64,000 nucleotides of DNA from an uncultured Alphaproteobacteria bacterium (GTDB lineage: Bacteria; Pseudomonadota; Alphaproteobacteria; Bin95). Below, one piece after another: positions 55,080-62,702 of this stretch; positions within the stretch are counted from its first letter, which is position 1, and every line of letters begins with the position of its first letter. The position numbers were made by a program, and so were the translations under genes. Location: NCBI GenBank assembly GCA_937891825.1, contig CALAHN010000047.1:6055-70054 (forward strand), given 5' to 3'. Under the pieces are notes generated by a model. It was not told the origin of the DNA and made no database searches. It saw nothing but the letters and a program-made list of their open reading frames with translations.

Positions 55080-55831
55080 GCGCGCCCTTGCTAGAACTTA
55101 CCAACGTCTCCCGCCATTTCGGCGGCGTCCGCGCTGTCCAGAACGTCAGCGCCAGGATCGAAGCTGGCGAGATCGTCGGCCTGATCGGCCCGAACGGCGC
55201 AGGCAAGACGACGCTGGTCAACGTCATCACCGGCGCCCATCGCGCGACCGGCGGCGAAATCCACTTCATGGGCGAGCGCGTCACCAACCAGAAGCCCTAC
55301 CAGGCCGCCCGGCGCGGCCTGTCGCGCACGTTCCAGATCGTCCAGCCCTTCCCATCGATGACGGTCAGGGAGAACGTCGCCGCTGGCGCGCTCTTCGCCG
55401 GCAAGGCCATCAGCCGCCGGGCGGCGATGGATGCGGCGGAAGCCCACCTGAATTTCGTCGGCCTCGGCAAGCTGGTCGACGCGCCCGCCAGCACGTTGAC
55501 CCTGCCCAATCGGAAGCGCCTGGAATTGGCGAAATCCCTCGCGATGCGGCCGCGGATGCTGCTGCTGGACGAAGTGAACGCCGGCCTCAATCTCTCCGAG
55601 ATCGACGAGGCGCTCAGGCTGATCCGGGAGATCGCCGCCCAGGGCGTCACCATCATCATCATCGAGCATCTGATGAAGGTCGTGCTGGGTTTGAGCCAGC
55701 GCATTCTGGTCCTGCATCACGGCGAGTTGACGGCGGAAGGCGCGCCTGAGGATATCCTGGAGGACGAACGGGTGATCGAGGCTTATCTTGGCGACCGGTT
55801 CGCCAAGCGTCGGCAGGGCGCGCAGTCATGA
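55076..55831 (+). CDS. ABC transporter ATP-binding protein (LivG-like)
   Basis: Walker A GPNGAGKTT and the Walker B region LLLDEV. ATGA overlap at both ends. Confidence 0.9.
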   Translation: MSAPLLELTNVSRHFGGVRAVQNVSARIEAGEIVGLIGPNGAGKTTLVNVITGAHRATGGEIHFMGERVTNQKPYQAARRGLSRTFQIVQPFPSMTVRENVAAGALFAGKAISRRAAMDAAEAHLNFVGLGKLVDAPASTLTLPNRKRLELAKSLAMRPRMLLLDEVNAGLNLSEIDEALRLIREIAAQGVTIIIIEHLMKVVLGLSQRILVLHHGELTAEGAPEDILEDERVIEAYLGDRFAKRRQGAQS

Positions 55832-56538
55832 GCACATTGCTCGCCGTGGAAGCCCTTGAATCCGGCTACGGGGACGTTCAGGTGCTTTGGGGCCTCGATC
55901 TGACGGTCGAGGCCGGTTCGATCACCTGCATCGTCGGCTCGAACGGCGCCGGCAAGACGACATTCCTGCGGACGCTCTCGGGCCTGGTCAAAACCAAATC
56001 CGGCAGCGTGCGGTTCGCCGGCGCGGACGTGACGGGCGTCGAGCCGGACGCGGCCCTGGCGGCCGGGATTGTGCATGTGCCGGAAGGCCGGCGCTTGTTC
56101 AAGGGCCTGACCGTGCAGGACAACCTGCTGCTGGGCGCCTATACCCGCCATGACGATGGCATCATGTCCGACCTGGAGTTCGTCTATGCCACCTTTCCAA
56201 TCCTGAAAGAGCGGCGGAAGCAGGACGCCACGACGCTCTCCGGCGGCGAGCAGCAAATGTGCGCGATCGGACGGGGCATCATGTCCCGGCCGAAACTGCT
56301 GCTGATCGACGAGTTGTCGCTTGGGCTGGCGCCGAAAGCCGTCGACCGCTTGAGCGCGGCGCTGGTCGATATCAACGCGGGCGGCATCACGATCCTCCTG
56401 GTCGAACAGGACGTCATGACGGCGTTCGACCTGGCCGCGACGGCATTCGTGGTCGATATGGGCCGGGTCGTAAAATTCGGCGCGACGGCGGACCTGGCGG
56501 ACGATCCCGCGATCCGCGAAGCCTATATGGGACTTTGA
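55828..56538 (+). CDS. ABC transporter ATP-binding protein (LivF-like)
   Basis: GSNGAGKTT, LSGGEQQM, LLLIDELSLGLAP. Confidence 0.9.
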   Translation: MSTLLAVEALESGYGDVQVLWGLDLTVEAGSITCIVGSNGAGKTTFLRTLSGLVKTKSGSVRFAGADVTGVEPDAALAAGIVHVPEGRRLFKGLTVQDNLLLGAYTRHDDGIMSDLEFVYATFPILKERRKQDATTLSGGEQQMCAIGRGIMSRPKLLLIDELSLGLAPKAVDRLSAALVDINAGGITILLVEQDVMTAFDLAATAFVVDMGRVVKFGATADLADDPAIREAYMGL

Positions 56539-56599
56539 GCAGTGCGCGACGCGCCGCGGCGCGTTACGCTTCCGATGGACACAATGAAGGGGCAGCGCG

Positions 56600-57874
56600 A
56601 TGTCAGTTGAAGCAATCAGGTTCGACACGGTCCTGAAAGGCGGGCGGGTGGTCGATCCGGCGTCCGGGCGGGACGGCGTCTTCGATGTCGCCGTCGCTGG
56701 CGGGCAGATCGCGGCGGTGGAGCCGAACATTTCGGCGGAGCGCGCCGTCGAGACCATCGACGTCGCGGGCAAGCTGGTGCTGCCGGGGCTGATCGATACC
56801 CATGCCCATGTCTATGAGCATGTCACCGGCAAGTTCGGCCTGAACCCCGACATGGTAGGCGTCCGGTCTGCGGTCACGACAGTGATCGACCAGGGCGGCC
56901 CAAGCTGCATGACGATCCCGGGCTTCCGGGAATATATCGTCAAGCCATCCCGGACGCGCGTTTACTGCTTCATCAGTTGCTATCTCGTCGGCGGGCTCGA
57001 GGGGCATCTCTACCCCGAGCTTTACGGTCCGACAGGCGTCAACGTCGCCCATACCGTCCGCGCCGCCGGGGAGAATGCCGATATCGTCCGGGGCATCAAG
57101 GCCCATGCCGAAATCGGCGGCGCCTCGCGCTGGGGCCTCGAGGTCATCAAGCTGGGCAAGGAGATTTCGCGCGCGGCTGGCTTGCCGCTCTATATCCATC
57201 TCGGCCAGTTGTGGCCGACCCAGGATTCTCAGACCGTCGACGCCGACGCGGTCGTCAGCGCTCTCGTCCCCCTGATGGAGGCCGGCGATATCCTCGCCCA
57301 TCCGTTTACCCGCCATCCCGGCGGGTTTGTCAGCGCCGAGACCGGCCAGGTGCATCCGGTCGTCTGGGAAGCCCTGGAGCGCGGCGTCAAGGTCGATATC
57401 GGCCACGGCTCCCATTTCAGTTTCGACATGGCGAAGCGCGTCATCGACGCCGGCATCCGACCGCACACCCTGGGGGCCGATCTGCACGGCCTCAATGTGC
57501 GCAAGCCGCAAGGCAAATTCGGCGCCGGCGAGCGGGAGGAAAACCCCTTCTTCGGCGCGGCGCCCTTCAGCCTCGCCATCGCCATGAGCGAACTTCTGGC
57601 GCTGGGCATGACCCTGCCGGAGGTCGTCGCGACGGTCACGACGAACCCGGCCGCAATGCTGGGCGCCGAAGGGACGCTGGGCGCGCTCACGCCCGGCGCC
57701 GCCGCCGATATCTCCGTGCTGGACCCGCTGACCGGACGCTTCCGCCTGACCGACAACACCGGCGCCGAAATGATCGCGGAGACGCTGCTGCAGCCGACAT
57801 TCTGCCTGTTGGGCGGCGAGCGGATCGATACAGACTCGCCGCTTGTCCCAGCGGCGGAAGGCCTCGCGGCCTGA
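56600..57874 (+). CDS. Amidohydrolase/deacetylase-family metallohydrolase (dihydroorotase-like)
   Basis: VLKGGRVVDPASG...GKLVLPGLIDTHAHV (HxH metal motif). Confidence 0.8.
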   Translation: MSVEAIRFDTVLKGGRVVDPASGRDGVFDVAVAGGQIAAVEPNISAERAVETIDVAGKLVLPGLIDTHAHVYEHVTGKFGLNPDMVGVRSAVTTVIDQGGPSCMTIPGFREYIVKPSRTRVYCFISCYLVGGLEGHLYPELYGPTGVNVAHTVRAAGENADIVRGIKAHAEIGGASRWGLEVIKLGKEISRAAGLPLYIHLGQLWPTQDSQTVDADAVVSALVPLMEAGDILAHPFTRHPGGFVSAETGQVHPVVWEALERGVKVDIGHGSHFSFDMAKRVIDAGIRPHTLGADLHGLNVRKPQGKFGAGEREENPFFGAAPFSLAIAMSELLALGMTLPEVVATVTTNPAAMLGAEGTLGALTPGAAADISVLDPLTGRFRLTDNTGAEMIAETLLQPTFCLLGGERIDTDSPLVPAAEGLAA

Positions 57875-57898
57875 CGAGCGGCAATGCGGCAAGGCTGC

Positions 57899-57943
57899 TG
57901 GCGACCCCGGCAGGGCTCGAACCTGCGACATCGCGCTTAGAAG
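57899..57943 (-). other. 3' fragment of a tRNA-Arg(UCU) gene (anticodon loop through CCA): putative att core/direct repeat
   Basis: The minus strand reads CTTCTAA-GCGCG-ATGTC-GCAGG-TTCGAGC-CCTGC-CGGGGTC-G-CCA. The 5' anticodon-stem partner (expected CGCGC) is AGAGA, and no GACCCCG acceptor 5' strand follows. Confidence 0.7.
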
Positions 57944-58053
57944 TCTCTATACCGCGACCCTTTTACGCCCTCTAGAGCCCTATTAAAGCAAGGTAATTAG
58001 CCGTTTTTCGGCTATACTTCCCCTTAGAAGCCCTATCTAGCCCTCTCCTCTCC

Positions 58054-58094
58054 CGGTTCGAAAACGGTTCGGAAAGAGTTTGATAGACGGTTCG
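58054..58094 (+). promoter_or_regulatory. Three direct CGGTTCG(N)AAA repeats upstream of int (candidate arm-type or operator sites)
   Basis: CGGTTCG at 58054, 58065 and 58088 (spacing 11 and 23 bp), ending 5 nt before the int ATG. Confidence 0.4.
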
Positions 58095-58098
58095 CAAA

Positions 58099-59316
58099 AT
58101 GGGAAGGTCGAAGATGCCCGAACGACTGACTGAAGCCGCCGTGCAAAAGCTCCGGTATGACGGAAAGGCGATCACTGTTCGCGATACGAAGGTCGTCGGC
58201 CTGATGGTCGCCGTGAACAAGCGTAGCAAGTCCTACAAGGTGCAGCGGGATCTTTGGCAGGGTCAGCGTGGGCGGCAGACGCTCCTTAAAACCGTCCGCC
58301 ACACCCTGGGCTCGGCCGATGCAATGACGCTTGAGGAAGCTCGGGCTCATGCGGCTCGAATCATCGATCAAATCAAGCGCGGCATCGATCCAAACGCGCC
58401 TCCGGACGCCCCCGGCGCCGACGCGGGCGCGTGGACCGTTCGGCGCATGTACGACGAGTATGCGGCTGACATGCGGGCCCGAGAGTGCTCCGAGACCACG
58501 ATCGCGGACACGCTCAAGCGGTTCCAACGCTATTTGCCCAAGTGGGCGGATATCTCGATTGGCGAAGTGAAGCGTTCGATGGCGCGCGAGGCGCATGCGC
58601 GGGTAACCCGCGCCCATGGCCCAAGGGCCGGCAACCAGGCGCTTAAGGACTTCCGGGCGGCCTACAACTTCGCCTTGAAGGTCGTCGATAATCCTGACGC
58701 CCTCCCCGGAAACCCGGTCGTGGCCGTCACCTTCAACAAGGAACGCGCGAGCAATCGCGTCATCATGCCGGAAGACCTGCAGGAGTGGGGGCGCCGAATT
58801 CAGGCTCTGCAAAATCCCCTTCGCCGCGACATGCACATGCTCGGACTACTATCGGGCCTACGCCCGGGGACACTCGTATCGCTGCAACGCGATTGGGTCC
58901 GGCTCCACGATCAGGCGATCTCGATACCGCGGATGAAGTCAGGGCGTTCGTTCGATCTGCCGCTATCCGAGCCGATGGTGGACCTCGTGCAGCGCATAAT
59001 GACCGCGAGTGAGGTGCTTTTCCCGGACGCACCCTGGGTTTTCCCGAGCCGGTCGAGCAAAACTGGCGAGGTCATCGCCACCCAAGTTTGGCGAGAGAAA
59101 ACGCTGCCCAGCGAGACCGGGCATATCCTCCGGCACACATACCGCACCATCGCCCAGCGCGTCGGTATCGACCAGATCAACGCCCGCCTCCTCCTGGACC
59201 ATACCGTGCCGGGAATTGACGGCGTCTATATCCACGAGCGGGCGCTCTTCGATACTCTGCTTGCGGAGCAAGAGCGGATGTCCGCGGCGATCTTTAAACT
59301 GGTTGAGCCGGGATGA
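58099..59316 (+). CDS. Tyrosine-type site-specific integrase (P4-like, DUF4102 arm-binding N-terminus)
   Basis: PERLTEAAVQKLRYDGKAITVRDTKVVGLMVAV is the N-terminus. The catalytic C-terminus is GLRPGTL...HILRHTYRT...LLDHTVPGIDGVYI. A likelier start is ATG 58114, after the GGGAAGG RBS. Confidence 0.9.
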   Translation: MGRSKMPERLTEAAVQKLRYDGKAITVRDTKVVGLMVAVNKRSKSYKVQRDLWQGQRGRQTLLKTVRHTLGSADAMTLEEARAHAARIIDQIKRGIDPNAPPDAPGADAGAWTVRRMYDEYAADMRARECSETTIADTLKRFQRYLPKWADISIGEVKRSMAREAHARVTRAHGPRAGNQALKDFRAAYNFALKVVDNPDALPGNPVVAVTFNKERASNRVIMPEDLQEWGRRIQALQNPLRRDMHMLGLLSGLRPGTLVSLQRDWVRLHDQAISIPRMKSGRSFDLPLSEPMVDLVQRIMTASEVLFPDAPWVFPSRSSKTGEVIATQVWREKTLPSETGHILRHTYRTIAQRVGIDQINARLLLDHTVPGIDGVYIHERALFDTLLAEQERMSAAIFKLVEPG

Positions 59317-59357
59317 AGGGAACCTGGGTTGATTACGATTAGCGACGAGGCTGAGAC

Positions 59358-59816
59358 ATGACGCCTGAGCAGGCTCTGCGCGCGAAGCTGCGAAAGATTG
59401 AAAGTTTGTTTGCCGGCGCGGCGACCGAAGGAGAAAAGGCGGCGGCGGGCGCTGCTGGAGATAGAATCCGTGCGCGCCTCAAGGAGGCGGTTGGCAAGGA
59501 AACAGAGATCGAGATGAAGTTTTCGATCTCGGACGGATGGTCGCGCCAACTCTTTATCGCGCTTTGCCGACGCTATGGCCTTCGCCCGTTCCGGTACAGA
59601 CGCATGCATCGCCAAAGCATTATCGTAAAAGGGCCGAATAGTTTTCTCGAGCGCGTGCTTTGGCCCGAGTTCGAGGAATTGAATGCCGCGCTGACCGCCT
59701 ACCTCGCAGAAATCACCGAAAGGGTCATCAGAGAGGAGGTCCACGGCGAGACTGGCGATGTTGATGAAGTCGACGAAAGTCGGCAGATCGGTCCCGCCGG
59801 GTCCAAAGCTCGGTGA
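59358..59816 (+). CDS. Hypothetical island protein (N-terminus DUF2786-like)
   Basis: 152 aa. LRAKLRKIESLFAGAATEGEKAAAGAAGDRIRARL resembles the DUF2786 helix. The antisense 202-aa ORF is judged a shadow. Confidence 0.45.
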   Translation: MTPEQALRAKLRKIESLFAGAATEGEKAAAGAAGDRIRARLKEAVGKETEIEMKFSISDGWSRQLFIALCRRYGLRPFRYRRMHRQSIIVKGPNSFLERVLWPEFEELNAALTAYLAEITERVIREEVHGETGDVDEVDESRQIGPAGSKAR

Positions 59817-59926
59817 GATCAGCCCCGGAGCCAAAGGCGTCGACCCTCGCGGCTTGCACGGCCAAGATATTCACCTTAAGTTCTTTTTCCGTGTAGCCTT
59901 TCAGCCCCCTGCCCGAACGAGCCCTG

Positions 59927-62263
59927 ATGGCCGATCAAATCGTCATCACCGAGAAGACTAGCCAAGCGAAAGACGTCCGCGCCGCGGTAGGCTCTCGTTT
60001 TGGCGATGTGCTTCCCGCCGAAGGACATTTGTTCGATCTGCTTGAACCGGAGGAAGTCGTTCCGGAATGGAAACGATGGTCGCCGATTTTGCTGCGCCCG
60101 GACGGGCTATACGGCACGCGGCCAGCGACCGGCGGCAATAAGGCCGCCAAGCTCAAAGCTATTCGTGGAGCTTTGCGCACCGCCAAACGCGTCTGGCTCG
60201 CCACTGATTGTGATCGTGAGGGACAACTCATAGGTCAGGAGATTCTTGAGCATTACAAGTACCGCGGCGAGGTCATGCGGGTGCTCTTTACCGCTCAGGA
60301 CGCCCAGAGCATTCGAAGCGCCTTCAGCCAGGCAAAACCGAATTCAGACTATGGCCGGCTTTATGCAGCGGCCGTCGCGCGCCGGCAGGCAGATCAGATC
60401 TACAATCTCTCGCTGACACGAACCGCGACTGTAATCCTTGGCCAAGGCAGGCGGGGCGTGATTGGCGTTGGCCGCGTGAAGACGCCAACGCTGGCGATCG
60501 TGTGCAGACGCGAGCTGGAAATTCGTGACTTCGTGGCTCAGACCTATTTTGAGATTGTCGTCGCGGCAAAAGTCGCCGGCGGTCAATTTCAGATGCGGCA
60601 TGCTCCGCAGGAGCGCATTCTTAAGCGCGAGATTGCGGAAAGCGTCGTTGAGGCGGCACAGGACTTTGAAGGTCCGCTGAGCGTGCGTGTTGAGGATAAG
60701 CGGCGTGGGCCGCCTAAACTCCATGATCTCCCTTCGCTTCAAAAATACTGTTCTTCCAGGTTCGGTTGGACCGCTGCCAAGACGTTGGATGTTGCGCAGG
60801 AACTCTATGACGGGCAGGGCAAAAAGATCATCACCTATCCCCGCGCCGAAGTCCGCTATCTGCCGGAGAGCCTGATCTCCGATGTGCCGAAGATCGTGGC
60901 CGGACTTCAGGTCGGTAAAGCTTTCGCCGCCATCCCCGTGCCGGCGCCGCCAGTCATTCGTAAAGGCGCGACGGGCGCTTTCCATGACAAGGGGCTGGTT
61001 GGGGCCAGCCATCATGCTGTCATCCCCAACGTCAACACGGTCGATGATCTGCGAACGGTTTGGCCACGGCTATCAATCGACGAGAAGAAGCTGTTTGACG
61101 TCATTGCGCGCGCGTATCTCGCTGCCGTCATGCCTGACTTCCGCTACCGGCAAACCACCGCGACGCTCGATGTACGAGGCTTTCCTTTCAAGGCCACGGG
61201 TCGCCAGCCCATTGATCTCGGTTGGCGCGCTGCCTTCCCGGACTGGCGGCCGGCCGACGAGAAAGGCGATGATGCGCAATTGCTGCCTGTGATGCTCAAT
61301 GGTGAGATCGCGCATCTGTTCGACCCCAAGATCGAGGACAAGGAAACGCGTCCGCCTCCGCGCTACACCGAAGGCACTCTGATCGAGGCGATGCAGAACG
61401 CCTGGCGTTTCGTCGATGACGATGCTTTGCGAGACCGCTTGAAGGAAGCAAAGGGCATTGGCACGCCGGCGACCCGCGCGGAGATTATAGGCGGGCTGAA
61501 ACGGCAAGACTTCCTGGTCGGCAAGGGCAAAACCATCGAACCCACCGAGATCGGGTTGCAGTTGTTCGGCGTTTTAAAACAAGCTGACCCTGCGTTGGTC
61601 GATCCGGGCGTTACGGCCGAGCTTGAATGCCTGCTCGACGACGTCCTTGTCGGAACGCAGGAAATGGTTGGGGCGATCGACGCCGTCTGTGATGTCGCCC
61701 AGCGAATCATCGGCAAACTCAAAGACGGCACTCCGGCAGATGCGGCGCCATTATTCGGGGCGGGGAACGCCTCAGCGGCGGGGGACCGCCCGCCAACCGC
61801 CGCGATGAAGCGATTTGCCGACAGCATCGCCCGTCAAAAGCGCATCAAGCCCCCACGAGGCTATACGAAGTCGGGATCTATCTGCCGCGCCTTTCTCGAA
61901 GAACACGCGCCACGGAAAACAAGCGACAAAATCACCGGCGATCACGGTTCAACAGCGGCGGTGACGGCGCAGGTCGCAGTTGCCAAGAAGGCTTCTCGGA
62001 AAAAGGGCGCCGGCGTTCGTGAGGAACTCAAAGCCGATTCGACTGCGGTCTCTCCCGAGATTGATTTGATCCCAGGTGCGACGCCGAGCAATAGCCAAGG
62101 AACGTCGAACAACACGCAGAGAGTTGGAGCAAACACGCCGCTCGTGATCCCCTATGGCAACAAGGCGGCCGCGCAAAAGCTCGGCGCTCGCTATGCCGCA
62201 GGGGGATGGTATGCCCCTCCGGGCGTGGATCTAGCGCCCTTCAGCGCGAAGGGATGGCTGTGA
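59927..62263 (+). CDS. Type IA DNA topoisomerase (topoisomerase III-like) with a C-terminal DUF5710-like tail
   Basis: Toprim region VITEKTSQAKD...WLATDCDREGQLIGQEI. GRVKTPTLAIV. The tail is PLVIPYGNKAAAQKLGARYAAGGWYAPPG. Confidence 0.9.
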   Translation: MADQIVITEKTSQAKDVRAAVGSRFGDVLPAEGHLFDLLEPEEVVPEWKRWSPILLRPDGLYGTRPATGGNKAAKLKAIRGALRTAKRVWLATDCDREGQLIGQEILEHYKYRGEVMRVLFTAQDAQSIRSAFSQAKPNSDYGRLYAAAVARRQADQIYNLSLTRTATVILGQGRRGVIGVGRVKTPTLAIVCRRELEIRDFVAQTYFEIVVAAKVAGGQFQMRHAPQERILKREIAESVVEAAQDFEGPLSVRVEDKRRGPPKLHDLPSLQKYCSSRFGWTAAKTLDVAQELYDGQGKKIITYPRAEVRYLPESLISDVPKIVAGLQVGKAFAAIPVPAPPVIRKGATGAFHDKGLVGASHHAVIPNVNTVDDLRTVWPRLSIDEKKLFDVIARAYLAAVMPDFRYRQTTATLDVRGFPFKATGRQPIDLGWRAAFPDWRPADEKGDDAQLLPVMLNGEIAHLFDPKIEDKETRPPPRYTEGTLIEAMQNAWRFVDDDALRDRLKEAKGIGTPATRAEIIGGLKRQDFLVGKGKTIEPTEIGLQLFGVLKQADPALVDPGVTAELECLLDDVLVGTQEMVGAIDAVCDVAQRIIGKLKDGTPADAAPLFGAGNASAAGDRPPTAAMKRFADSIARQKRIKPPRGYTKSGSICRAFLEEHAPRKTSDKITGDHGSTAAVTAQVAVAKKASRKKGAGVREELKADSTAVSPEIDLIPGATPSNSQGTSNNTQRVGANTPLVIPYGNKAAAQKLGARYAAGGWYAPPGVDLAPFSAKGWL

Positions 62264-62339
62264 CGCTGTTTTGGTGGCCGCCGCATTCGATCTGAAGCAT
62301 CCTGTTTAACGCGGTGCGCTGCCTATAAGGGTTGGACAA

Positions 62340-62702
62340 ATGCACAAAGCCTGGATCGAACAATGTAACGCTGCCGAGCGCATTAAAGTGCGGTATGGCC
62401 TGAAGGCGGCGTTCGATTATCTGGTGGCAGAAAAGCTCCTAAATTACGCAAGCGCCGCCGCTGACCGTCCGGAATTCGCACGCGCCCTGCCGCAGTTCGT
62501 ATCCAAGGTGAGGCTTATGTTCACGCCGGAGGAAATACGGGCAGAGATCGCGCGGATTGAACGGGAAATGCATGACCGCATTACCGCGGAAGCGGACGAC
62601 GATGAGCTGATCCAGGAAGACCCCTTGGAGACTGCCAGGCAGGCGGAGCGATTCGCCATCATCAAGGACTTGCTGACGGCCAGGGGCCTCGGCGTCTCGT
62701 GA
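62340..62702 (+). CDS. Hypothetical protein (120 aa), translationally coupled to the helicase
   Basis: ATG start, helical/acidic composition, stop in a GTGA overlap with the next gene. No family recognised. Confidence 0.5.
   Translation: MHKAWIEQCNAAERIKVRYGLKAAFDYLVAEKLLNYASAAADRPEFARALPQFVSKVRLMFTPEEIRAEIARIEREMHDRITAEADDDELIQEDPLETARQAERFAIIKDLLTARGLGVS

Noticed and set aside
57899-57985. Full-length tRNA-Arg gene
   Set aside because: Only the anticodon loop through CCA folds. The expected 5' anticodon-stem strand, D arm and GACCCCG acceptor strand are absent. It is treated as an att remnant.
59226-59834. 202-aa minus-strand ORF in the island
   Set aside because: It overlaps the plus-strand 152-aa ORF, which has an ATG, a purine-rich (GAGG) candidate RBS upstream and the same orientation as all other island genes. 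Confidence is only moderate (see findings).
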